Source: the human T2T-CHM13v2.0 reference genome, Homo sapiens
Reading direction: 5' to 3' (one strand)
DNA length: 64,000 nucleotides
Assembly (NCBI RefSeq): GCF_009914755.1
Contig: NC_060927.1
Positions 28,336 to 41,063 of this stretch are shown one piece after another (within the stretch, counting starts at the first letter, position 1; each line of letters starts with the position of its first letter). The notes under the pieces were generated by a model. It ran no database searches. It had not been told where the DNA came from and worked only from the letters and a program-made list of their open reading frames with translations. The translations under genes and the position numbers were made by a program.

Positions 28336-30233
28336 ACATCAACATCAAACCTGTATTATAAAAAATGCCAAAGGTAATTCTTCAACCCCCTCACAAAAAA
28401 AGAAGGCTAACATGTAACAACAAGGACAAAATCTAGAGAAATTAAATTTACAGGTAAAAGAAAGAAAATAGACAAACTTAGAATACTTTAATAATGTAAA
28501 TAGGGTAAGTAAACCACTTACATCTTAAATATTAAGAGTAAAATACAAAACTATTGAAACAAAAATAATTACAAAAATTGAATAAGAAGAGATAGGCAAA
28601 ATAAAAAGACACAAATGAAAACATCAAAAAGTCAAAGTGGGGAGATGGTGTCAATGTATATAGTTTGTATTTTTACTTTTTTTCTTTACAATTAAAGTTG
28701 AGTTATTATCTGTTTAACTTGATAAAACAATGAGATGATAATGTAAACCTCATGATACGTGCAAAGCAAAAACCTAAAACAGATACGCTAAAAATAAATA
28801 GTGGAAAATCAAATCATACCAGAAGAGAAAAGTACCTAACCACAAAGGAAAACAGTAAGACAGAAAGAAAGGATCTGCAAAATAACCAAAAAACATGTAA
28901 CAAATAGCAGTAGTAAACATTCACCTATTAATAATAATCTTGAATGTAAATATATTAAATTTTCTCATTTAATGACATGGAGTGGCTGAATTGATTAAAA
29001 AAGACTTAGCTATATGCAGTCAACAAGAAACCCACTTCACCTATAAGGATATGCACAGACTAAAACAGAAGAGATTAAAAAAGATTTATCATGCAAATAG
29101 AAATTTTAAAAACAACAGGAGTAGCTACACTTATATCAGATAAAATGGACTTTAATAAGGAATGGTAATTAGAACAAAGAGGCCATTATATAATGAAAAA
29201 GGAAACAATGGTGTAAGAGGGTATAACAATTGTAAATAAATTAGCATCTAACACTGGGGCATCCAAATATATAAAATAAATACTGATAGACCTAAGGAGA
29301 TAGACTGGCTGCAATATAATAATATTAGAGGACTTCAACACCCCACTTTCAGCAATGAACAGATCACCTAGGCAGAAAATCAACAAATTTTGGAGTTAAA
29401 CTGCACTCTAGACCAAATGAATATAACCGAAATTTATAGAATATTTCATCCAACAGCTCCAGAATACACATTTTTCTCATCAGCACATGGAATATTCTCC
29501 AAAACAAGCCATATGTTATGTTACAAAACAAGTCAACAATTTTTTAAAAGACTAAATCATGTCAAGTATCTTTTCTGACCACAATGGAATAGAACTAGAA
29601 ATCAATAATAAAATGAACATTGGAAACTGTACAAATTTATGGAAATTAAGCAACATGTTCCTGAACAGTAAATGGATCAATGAAGAAATTACATGGGGAA
29701 TTTAAAAATACCTTGAGACAAATGAAAAGGAAATTGCAATATACCAAACCTATGGGATACAGCAAAAACAGTTCTAAGAGGGAAATTTATAGCAATAAAT
29801 GCCTACATAAAAAGTAGAAAGACTTCAAATGAACAACCTATCCATACACCTCAAGGAACTAGAAAAACAAGAACAAACTAAGCCTAAATTGGCATAAGGA
29901 AAGAATTAATAAAAATAAGAGCAGGACTACATGAAATTGAAACTTAAATAATAACACAAAATAACAAACCAAAGAGTTAGTTTTTTGAAAAGATAACAAA
30001 ATGACAATTCTTGATCTCAACATAAAAAAGGAGAGAGAAGAACCAACTAAATAAAATTGAAGACAAGAAAGGAGACATTAAAAATGAAATACAAATGATC
30101 ATTAGAAACTAATGTGCAGAACTATACCCCAACAAATTGGAAAACCTAGAAGATAAATTTCTGGACACAAAATTTAACCATAAAGAAACAGAAAATATGA
30201 ACAAATCATAAACGAGTATAAGACTGAAATAGG

Positions 30234-30540
30234 GGTCTGGTGTGGTGGCTTATGCCTGTAATCCTGACACTTGGGAGGCCAAGGCAAGAAGATGGCTTCA
30301 GGTCAACAGTTCAAGACCAGCATGGGCAATATAGCAAAGCCCTGTCTCTACAAAAAATAAAAGATTAGCTGTGCATGGTGGCACATGCCTGTAATCCCAG
30401 CAACTCCAAAGGCTGAGGAAGACTTTGTAATCCCAGGAATTCAAGGCTGCAGTGAACTATGATTATGCCACTGTACTCCAGCATGGGCAATAGAGCAAGA
30501 TCCTGTCTAAAAAAATGAAAATAAAAATAATAATGATGAT
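30234..30540 (+). mobile_element. Alu (AluJ-like)
   Basis: Diverged dimer; TSD AAGACTGAAA(T/C)AGG. Confidence 0.9.
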
Positions 30541-31163
30541 GAAAGACTGAAACAGGAATAAAAGGCCTCCAATCAAAGCAAATCCTAGGACCTGACGGCT
30601 TTACTGCTGGATGATACTAAAAACTTATAGAAGAGATATTATCAATTCTACTCAAACTCTTCCAAAAATTGAAGAGGAGTTAATACTTCCAAACTCATTC
30701 TACAAGACCAGCATGACTGCGATATCAAAAGCAGACAAGTAAACAACATCAACAACAAAATAACACTACAGGTCCTAATAGCCTGATGAACACAGGTGCA
30801 AAAAAATTATCAGCAAACTACTAGCAAATTAAATTCACCAATACATTTTTAAAAAATCATTCACCATGAACAAGTGGGATTCATCCCAGGGATGCAATGA
30901 TAGTTGAATATATGCATACCAATAAACATACATTTCATTAACAGAACTGATATGGTTTGGCTGTGTCCCCACCTGTATTAGTCCATTTTCATAAAGACAT
31001 ACTGCCAGCTGGGCAATTTACAAAAGAAAGAGGTTTAATTGGACTTACAGTTCCACGTGGCTGGGGAAGCCTCACAATCATGGTGGAAGGCAAGGAGGAG
31101 CAAGTCACGTCTTACACAGATGGCAGCAGGCAAAGAGATAGAGCTTGTGCAGAGGAACTCCTA

Positions 31164-32599
31164 TTTTTTTTTCATACATTTACTTTTTATTGAATTTATT
31201 AATGTTACAGAGTTCTTGCACTGCCAAACCATGCCTGAGAATTCAAACAAATGGTACAATGGACAGCCTCATCCACTTATCATACAGGATATTAAAACTC
31301 AATTCATGTACATTTTGATATTTTCACAATCTTTTAAAAAGTTATACCAAGAGTTGAAGTTGCTGCAAGTTAAATCTGCTGCAAGTCTTCAGATTTCGAG
31401 TACAGTATTGCCTTTACATAAGACCTCCACTTATTCATCTCTGTTCATTCTTCAGTAACATAACTGCCAACAAAATTTTGCTGGGAAAAAAATGCATACT
31501 TTTCATGGAAAATACGCAGTTCAACAATGAAGAGACTATTTTTTAAGGTTTTTGGCTCCCAAATAAAGTCTTCAGTTAACCAAGAATCCCATTTCTGATT
31601 TAATCATTCAACCTCCCCTTGGCTGGCTCAGCTACTCACCCAAACACATTAGAAAGCAGGCATTGTGCCGGCCACCTCAAATATCAACATTATTGCCCAG
31701 AAGTGGGCGGCAGGTCCCGTCAGGAGATACTGTAACCCTCCTTGGAGTCCAATTCCTACACGGACACTTTCATCAAGACTAAACTCCTATCCAAAAATGC
31801 TCCCACATCAAAATAGTTTTACTCACCCACTTGCTTCACTCTTGCCAGTAGCAAGTCTGCAACTCATGCATTTGGCAAAGGGATTTATTATAGAGAAACA
31901 CGTACTCTACATCAAGTGGTCACGTTACCACTTTCAGATATTTCTATTGAACCAAAGATACAAAACTAGGAAACTGCCAGACTATCTCACTAGGTGGACA
32001 CTCTTTTGTAATCCTGCGTAGCTTCTTCAACTCCCTTTAAAGGACCAAAAACTACTATTAATAGGTATTTTAAACTGTAATCATTAAAAACAGAAGTGCT
32101 ACATCACCTTTCGCCCTGACTCTCGAAGTGAACATAAAGACACACCAAAAGGTTGAAAACAAAGCTAGCTGGGACAATCACTGCATCTATAGAACAGCCA
32201 ACACCTTGAAAATTTGGGCAGAAGTATATAAGGAATTCTTAAACATCATGCACAATCCATGACACTTAAATGGGTTTCAGCTGAGGGTCTGTTCATGTTG
32301 CTCTGAATTTGTAAGGCTAAGTGAACCCCTTAGCCTCACCAGAAAGCATATTCTTCCGGCTGCAGTTTACTATACAATTTAGACCTAATTAGATGAGGCA
32401 TTAGCAGCACCTGATGTAGAACCTCCAGCATCCACTGTCCTTTACATCAAAGGCTTTTTGGTTCCACCTTCAGGATTGGCATACTCAAGAGACATTTCAC
32501 AATCCTAACGCATACTTCAAGTTACTTAACCAGGCAACATACTCTGTCAAAGAACTTCTTTCAAGTTAAAGTAAAAAAGGCCTTAATGTAGAACAAAAA
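31164..32599 (-). pseudogene. CDV3P1: CDV3 processed pseudogene: distal 3'UTR and poly(A), the non-inverted part
   Basis: T-run at 31164-31172 next to the TSD, and two minus-strand AATAAA signals (31186-31191, 31195-31200). Its 5' end on the minus strand (tttttgttctac) overlaps the end of the plus-strand segment (ttgtttttg). Identity as CDV3 3'UTR is inferred from the shared TSD. Confidence 0.8.
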
Positions 32600-32990
32600 T
32601 CGCTAGCCAGAACGCAGGGGGGGCCCCCTGCCCCGCCGCGCACGCCGCGGAGACCCCGCGCGGCTGAGGCGTCGCCAGAGCCGGCCTCGACCCCGAGCTG
32701 GGAGCCCCGCGGGCCGCGCCCGCCGCCGGCTCCACCCACCCGGGTCCGGGAGGCCGAGGCCATGGCCGCGACAGAGGAGCGGAGCCTGCACAACTTCTTT
32801 GCCAATCGGGACAAGAAGAAGAAGGAGCAGAGCAACCGGGCGGCGAGTTCCGCGGGCGCAGCAGGCAGCGCGGCGGGAGCAGTGGAGCTCCGCATTCTAG
32901 AGGGCGGCGGGGCGGGCGCAGGGACCTGGCTGGGCGAAGGCAGGACCGCGAGTGCGGAGGCTGCGGGCCCAGGGGCCACCACCAAGGCTG
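32600..32990. promoter_or_regulatory. CpG-island-like segment from the CDV3 5' end
   Basis: Very GC-rich and dense in CpG within an otherwise CpG-depleted window. Promoter activity is not shown. Confidence 0.55.
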
Positions 32991-34324
32991 TGAAGAATGG
33001 AAAGGCTTGGAGTAAAAAGAGGTTGATTACAGAGGCCTGGGGGTTCAGGCAATGCAAATAAGTGAAAAGGAAGAAGATATTGAAGAGACAAGATCCAGGT
33101 GATAACTGGGAAGAAGGCGGAGGTGGTGGTGATACAGAAAAATCTTCAGGTCCCTGGAATAAAACAGCTCTGGTACAAGCACCTCTTGCTCCAGTAATTG
33201 TTACAGAAACCCCAGAACTGGCAATGACTAGTGGTGTGTGTGTGTGTAGGCCTCCTGGGGCCAGGTTAACCACAACAAGGAAAACACCACAAGGACCACC
33301 AGAAATCTACAGCAATACACAGTTCCCATCCCTGCAGTCAACTGCCAAGCACATAGAAAGCTGGAAGGATAAAGAAATGGAGAAGAGCTTTCAAGTAATA
33401 AGACACAAAAATAGAGGTAGGGATGAAGTTTCAAAAAACCAGGCCCTTAAACTTCAGCTAGACAACCAGTATGCTGTGCTTGAAAATCAGAAAAGGAGTC
33501 ACTCACAATACAATGAAGGAATGGGCTTTGCTAAACCTTCTGAGATAAATAGACTACAGCTAACCACCACGAACAGCCATTCATGATCTGATCTCTGCTG
33601 GATCTGTGTACACCGATGCAGATCAGTCGATTTCATGACCAGCCCTATTTCACTGTGGAAGTTAAAGTGTCATGACTGCTTTATGCATATTGGATTTAGG
33701 GGAATTTTCATTGTTATATAAATGTGTGAACTAGTTTCAACAGTGTTCCTTCATATTTGCTCTGCAAATACAAAACCAAACCTGTAGCCAGTGATCATTT
33801 CAAAATCATTTTATGTGCAGATACTGAGCCTTCGTAAGGGTTGACTACCTCAGATTTGCTGCACTCATTGTGGACTTCATGTGGATCACAACTTCTTGAT
33901 AAGAAGGTTACAGTTATTAAGTGTCGATGTGAATCTTGAAACCAACTCTTCTGGATTCTTATCAGAGATCCTACATAAAAAATCAGCCATCTGGGCTCTG
34001 ATGCGCTGTAAAAGATGAAGACTTAAGTGCCCTTGATTAACCTGTCCTGTCCCCTACCCTTATGGAATACTGTCTGTAGTAGGCTGTGGCTATATTAGAC
34101 TTCCTGGAACACACCGCTGAAAAGAACTGATGTGTTCAGATCATCTGTGTAGGGCTGTGATTTGTAATTTAAACTTTTAGTTGTATTCTGAGGTAACCAC
34201 AAAATAAATTCAACCATAAACTGGGGTCCACCAAGTGGGGGAAGGGGTGAGGGAGAGAGTAATCTTGTTTTTTGTTGTTGTTGTTGTTAACTTTTTATTT
34301 GAATAGTGCTTTTTTGTTGTTTTT
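32600..34324 (+). pseudogene. CDV3P1: CDV3 processed pseudogene: 5'UTR, frameshifted CDS (32762-~33517) and proximal 3'UTR, the inverted part
   Basis: MAATEERSLHNFFANRDKKKKEQSNRAAS and KRQDPGDNWEEGGGG...RPPGARLTTTRKTPQGPPEIYSNTQFPSLQST...LKLQLDNQYAVLENQKRSHSQYN match CDV3. Intronless, with frameshifts around 32990-33085 and loss of the parental stop. The P1 symbol is from memory. Confidence 0.95.
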
Positions 34325-36751
34325 GGAACTCCTCTTTTTAAATCATCAGATCTCATGAGACTCAGTCACCATCATGAGAACAGCATGGGAAAGACTTGCC
34401 CCCATATGATTCAGTTACCTCCCACTGGGTCCCTCCCACAACATGTGGGAATTTAACATGAGATTTGGGTGGGGACACAGTCAAACCGTATCACTACTGA
34501 AATCTCATCTTGAATTGTAACTCCCACAATTCCCATGGGTCATGGGGGGAACCTGGTGGGAGGTGATTGAATCATGGGGGTGGGTCTTTCCTGTACTTTT
34601 CTCATGGTAGTGAGTAAGTCTCATGAGATCTGATGGTTTTTAAAACAGGAGTTTCCCTGCACAAGTTCTCTTCTTTGGTCTGCCACCATGTAAGAGGTGC
34701 CTTTCACATTCTGCCATGATTGTGAGGCCTCCCCAGCCACATGGAACTGTAAGTCCATTAAATCTCTTTATTCTGTAAATTGCCAAGTTGCAGGTACGTC
34801 TTTATCAGCAGCATGAAAATGGACTAATACAGTAAATTGGTACCAGCTGAATGGGATGCTACTGTAAATACCGAAAAATGTGGAAGTGATTTTGGAAGTA
34901 GGTAACAGTCAGGGGTTGGAACAGTTTGGAGGCCTCAAAGAAGACTGGAAAATATGGGAAAGTTTGGAACTTCCTAGAGACTTATTGAATAGCTTTGCCC
35001 AAAATGCTGATAGCGATATGGACAATAAAGTCCAGGCTGAGGTGGTGTCAGATGGAAATGAGAAATTTGTTGGGAACTGGAGCAAAGGTGACTCTTGATA
35101 TGTTTTAGCAAAGAGACTGGCAGCATTTTGCCCCTGCACTAGACATTTGTGGAACTTTGAACTTCACAGAGATGATTGAAGGTATCTATCTGGCATAAGA
35201 AATTTCTAAGCAGCAGTACTCAAGAGGGGACATGGGTGCTGTTAAAGGCATTCAGTTTTATAAGGGAAGCAGAGCATAACAGTTCAGAACACTTGCAGCC
35301 TGAAATGTGATAGAAAAGAAAATCCCATTTTCTGAGGAGAAATTCAAGCCAGCTGCAGAAATTTGCATAACTAACGAGGAACTGAATGTTAATCCCCAAA
35401 ACAATGGGGAAAATGTCTCCAGGGCATGTCAGAGGTCTTCATGGCAGCCCCTCCTATCCCAGGCCTGGAGGCATAGGGGAAAAAAGTGGCTGGGCCCATA
35501 TCTCCATGCTCTGTGCAGTCTAGGAACTTGGTGCCTGTTTCCCAGCCGCTCCACCTGTGGCTGAAAGGGGCCAACATAGAGTTTGGGCTGTGACTTCAGA
35601 GCCTTGGCAGCTTCCACATGGTGTTGAGCCTGTGTGTGCACAGACATCAAGAATTGAGGTTTGGGAACCTCCACCTAGATTTCAGAGGATGTATGGAAAC
35701 ACCTGGATGTCCAGCCAGAAGTTTGCTGCAGGTTGGGGGAGCTCTCATGGAGAACCTCTGCTAGGACAGTGCAGAAGGGAAATGTGAGATTGGAGCCCCC
35801 CAACAGAGTCCCTACTGGGGCGCCCCCTAGTGGAGCTGTGAGAAGAGAGCCACTGTCCTCCAAACCCCAGAATTGTAGATCCACTGACAGCTTGCAGGGC
35901 GCACCTGAGTCGCAGACACTCAATGACAGCCGTTGAAAGCAGCCGGCTGCAAAGTCACAGAGCAGAGCAGCTCAAGACTGTGGGAACCCACCTCTTGCAT
36001 CAACGTGACCTAAATGTGAGACATGGAGTCAAAGAAGATCATTCTGAAGCTTTAAGATTAGACTGTCCCACTGGATTTCAGACTTGCATGGGGCCTGTAG
36101 CCCATTTGTTTTGGCCAATTTCTCTCATTTGGAATGGTTGTTATTTACCCAATGCCTGTACCCACATTGTATCGTGGAAGTAACTAATTTGCTTTTGATT
36201 TTACAGGCTCATAGGTGGAAGGGACTTACTTTGTCTGAGATGAGACTTTGGACTGTGGACTTTTGACTTAAGGCTGAAATGAGTTAAGACTTTGGGGGAC
36301 TGTTGGGAAGGCATGATTGGTTTTGAAATTTGAGGACATGACATTTGGAAGGGGCTATGGGCAAAAAGATTGGTTTGGCTGTGTCACCACCCAAATCTCA
36401 TTTTTAATTTTAACTCCCGCAATTCCCATGTGTCTTGGGAAGAACCTGGTTAGAGGTGATTGAATCATGGGGGCAGGTCTTTCCTGTGCTGTTCTAGTGA
36501 CAGTGAATAAGTCTCACGAAATCTGATGGTTTAAAACACAGGCATTTCCCTGCAAAATATCTCTTCTCTTGTCTGCCACCATATGAGATGCACCTTTCAC
36601 CTTCCATCATGGTTGCAAAGCCTCCCCAGCCACATCGAACTGCAGGTCCATTAAATCTCTTTCTTCTGTAAATTGCCCAGTCTCAGGTGTATCTTTATCG
36701 GCAGCATGAAAACGGACTAATACAAGAACCAAGAACAAAAGCCATATGATC

Positions 36752-37086
<335 letters not shown>

Positions 37087-37743
37087 TTAACATTGCCTTA
37101 TGAGAAAAACCCTCAGCAAACTGAGCATAGAAGAAACATACCTCAACATCATAAAGACCATATAAGACAAACGCATAGCAAGCATTGTACTGAACAGGGA
37201 GAATTCCAAAGCTTTTCCTCTAAGATCTGAAATAAGACAAGGATGCCCCACTTCCACCACTTTTATTCAACATAACACTTAAAGTCCTGGCCAGAGCAAT
37301 TAAGCAAGAGAAAGAAATAAAAGGCATCCAAATTGGAAAGGAAGAAGTCAGATTAGCCTCAATCACAGATATCATGATCTTTTGCTAAGAAAAACCTAGA
37401 CTAACAAAAAAACTGTCCGAATTGATAAATGAATTCAGTATGCTGTAAAATACAAATTTAATGTATAAATATCAGTAGTATTTCTACACATGAACAGGGA
37501 ATAATCTGAAAAAGAAGTCAAGATAAAAGTATTTTGTGACAAAGCTGTAGTAACCAAGATGACATGATACTGGTAAAAACAAAACAAAAAAGACAGATAT
37601 ACCAATGCCAGACATAAATCCACACATTTATAACCAACCCAACTCATTTCAACAAAGGTACAAATAACATACATTGGGAAAAGGACTGTCTCTTCCATAA
37701 AGAAAACCTGGATATCTATACACAGAATAGATATCCCTATCCA

Positions 37744-37792
37744 TTTTATATAGTGGGAGATAGGAGATACCCCTATCTCCCACTATATAAAA
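37744..37792. repeat. Perfect 21-bp inverted repeat with 7-nt loop
   Basis: TTTTATATAGTGGGAGATAGG-agatacc-CCTATCTCCCACTATATAAAA. Confidence 0.95.
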
Positions 37793-38884
37793 AAATCAAA
37801 TCAAAATTGATTAATGATTTAAATATAAGACCTGAACCTATGAAAGTCCTAGAAGAAAACACTGAGGAAATGCTTGACGACATTGGCCTGGGCAAATATA
37901 TTTTGAATGATACCTCAAAAGCACAGACAATAAAAGCAAAACTAGAAAAACTGGATTATATCGAGCTAAAACGCTTCTGTAAAGCAAAAGACATGATCAA
38001 CAAAGTGAGGAGATGACCTGCAGAATGAGCGAAAATATTTCAAAGTATTCATCCAACAAAGAATCAATAACCAGAACATGCAAGAAATTCAAACAACTCA
38101 GTAGCAAAACAAACAAACAAACAAAATTCACAAATGGGCAAAAGCCTTGAATAGGTATTTCTCAAAACAAGGCAATAGAGTTTTCCATGAAGACTTAATA
38201 TAGTTGAACTCAAAATTCTTGATGATACATATAATTTCACCTTTAGAATTCAATAATGGTAGTTCTTTAGTACTATTTTAAAGAAAGTGATGAGCTGGAG
38301 GAATTTTCTTTGTGATCATATTTTTTCATTTGCAATAAATGTCCCTCGCTTACAAAATTTAAAATACTATATTAGGAGCTTATAATAAAAAAGCAATATA
38401 TTTCACTGTTTCCTATGCTTGTCTTTTATCAGACATTTTAAACTGTTTCTCTTCTTGGTTCTTCTATTGTTTATTTCCACATCTCTGAAACATATGCTTA
38501 TAATGCTATTTTTTATCATGAACTTATGCTTTTATCTATTTTCTCCTTGATCTGAAAGGTGGTGGTATATCTTCTTTCATTTAAACTATGCATTTCTTAC
38601 CCTCTTCTCCCACTCATGTTTCATTTTCCATATTTTAAACATAATTAGATTAATATTTTATTTCCTTTGATGCATAATTCTCTATGATATACTTAAATAA
38701 TATAGTAAGATTATTTTAATTCCATCAACTAGAAAATATATCTTGATCCTTGACATTTTCTTTCACATTTTATCTCTGCCTTTTCAACCTTACATTCTCT
38801 CTTATCTGTAATTTTACATTTTCAAGTATGACAAAATTTACATTCTACTTCAGTCACAATTAAGACTTCTATATTTGTATATAG

Positions 38885-39220
<336 letters not shown>

Positions 39221-39489
39221 TAAAAGTGCAAAATAAAAAAAAACTGTATTTTCATGACATAAATGTAACCAATGTTAAATAAATTCTTCTCATGCAATGC
39301 AAACTCAATTTTTTCTTTCATCATCATATAATTTTTTTACATATATACATTTTTTATTTTTATATTACAGTTTTATTGAAATAAAACACATCATACAATG
39401 TATCCACTTATATTATGCAATTCAGTAGTTTTCCATATATACTCAGAGCTCTACAACCATTACCACAATCAGTTTTAAAACATTTTTAT

Positions 39490-40379
39490 TAAAATTTTTT
39501 TATTGATATAAAATACCTGTACATATTTTGGGAGTACATGTGACATTTTGATGTATGTATATAATGTATAATGATCAAACCAGCATAACTGGGATACCCA
39601 TTGCTTCAAACATTGATCTTTTCTTAGTGTTGGGAACATTAAAATTCTTCTAGTTATTTTGAAATATACAATAAATTACTGTTAACTATAATTTTCCTAC
39701 TTTACCATTGGAATACTACAACTTACCCATTTTAACTATATTTTTGTACCCATTTACCAACTTCTTTTCAGCCCCTCTCCTCCCTTTCCTTCCCAGCCCC
39801 TGGTAATTCTACTGTCTACCTCCGTAAGTTCCACATTTCTAGCTTCCACACATTAGTGAGAATATGTGACATTTGTCTTTCTGTACCTGTCTTATTTCAT
39901 TTAACATAATGACTTCCTGTTCCTTCCACATTGCTGGAAATGACAATAATTCATTCTTTTATGAAGGAATTATATTTTATTGTGTATCTATACCACATTT
40001 TAAAATCACTCATTCACTAATGGATACTTAGGTTGATTTTATATATTGACTACAGTGAATAGTGCTGCAATAAACATGTAGATATACTAATGCTAATTTC
40101 TTTTATTTTGGATATATACCCAGGAGTGGGATTGCTGGATCATATGGTAGTTCTATTTTTAGTTATTTTTTTTCCATATGGCTTTACTACTTTACATTTC
40201 CACCAATTGATTTGGGGTACAAGCATTCCCCTTTCTCTACATCCATGCCAACATTTGTTATTTTCAGTCTTTTGGATAATAACCATTTTAACTGTAATGA
40301 GATGATATCTCAATGTGGTTTTCATTTGCATTTCCTTGATGATTAATGATGTTGAACATTTTTTATATGCCTATTGGCC
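39490..40379 (-). mobile_element. L1MA5/6-like 3' end, apparently the inverted continuation of the L1 at 26010-38174
   Basis: L1 3'UTR and ORF2 C-terminus (MQMKTTLRYHLITVKMVIIQKTENNKCW) on the minus strand. It begins where the plus-strand L1 stops. Confidence 0.85.
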
Positions 40380-40720
40380 TTCTTGTTCAGCAACATACAT
40401 GTATTCTCAATAAGGAAGGTCTTAGGAACCGCACAACCCAAGTTCTTTTCTTATGAAAAGTTAAGTTTACTAAGATCTACTTTATATGAATGTTCGCCAT
40501 AAGATTATTGGTGAATAAAAATTAAGAACTTATACAAATGTTCTTCAAAAGGCAAAGGGTTAATTAAATGAGTTTATATCCGTGTCTTAGAATAATGTGA
40601 AATCATTAAAGATGCTATTTCCCAGTATCTCCTGACCTAAATATGTGCCCGTGTTATATTAAGAGAAAAAATACAGGCCATAAAATATACATTCTGAATT
40701 TTGAAATAAAATACAGGCAA

Positions 40721-41030
40721 GGCCAGACACGGTGGCTCAGGCCTGTAATCTCAGCACTTAGGGAGACCAAGGCAGGCGGAGCACTTGAGCCCAGGAATTC
40801 AAGACCAGCCCAGGCAACATGGTAAATAAAACCCCATCTCTACAAAAAAGCAAAAAGTAACCATGTGTGGTTGTTTATGCCTGTAGTTCTACTAATCGGG
40901 AGATTGACGTGGGAGGAACACCTGCGTTTGAAAAGTCAATGTGCAGAGAGTTGTGATCACATCATTACTCTCCAGCCCTCCAGTTTGGGAGACAGAGTGA
41001 GACCTCATCTCTAATAAGAAAATAAATAAT
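40721..41030 (+). mobile_element. Alu (AluJ-like), followed by a (TA)n(GA)n microsatellite
   Basis: Diverged dimer starting ggccagacacggtggctca. Confidence 0.9.
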
Positions 41031-41032
41031 GC

Positions 41033-41063
<31 letters not shown>

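Larger units (their letters stand above)
30974..34493 (-). mobile_element. THE1B-like solo LTR, antisense, split by the CDV3 retrocopy (halves 30974-31163 and 34325-34493)
   Basis: TGTATTAGTCC...gagcttgtgcagaggaactcct | ggaactcctctttttaaatcatcagatctcatgagact...aaaccgtatCA. Degenerate 5-bp TSD ccacc/ctact. Confidence 0.88.
30948..36724 (+). mobile_element. THE1B-like MaLR element (5'LTR split into 30948-30973 + 34494-34831; internal 34832-~36367; 3'LTR ~36368-36724)
   Basis: Perfect TSD AGAAC at 30943-30947 and 36725-36729. The LTR consensus resumes (aaatctcatcttgaattgtaa) after the nested insert. Confidence 0.9.

Noticed and set aside
32566-33273. 235-aa minus-strand ORF, the longest in the window
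   Set aside because: It is the antisense shadow of the GC-rich CDV3 CDS, starts at GTG and is low in complexity. Worth revisiting only if the minus-strand transcript is shown to exist.
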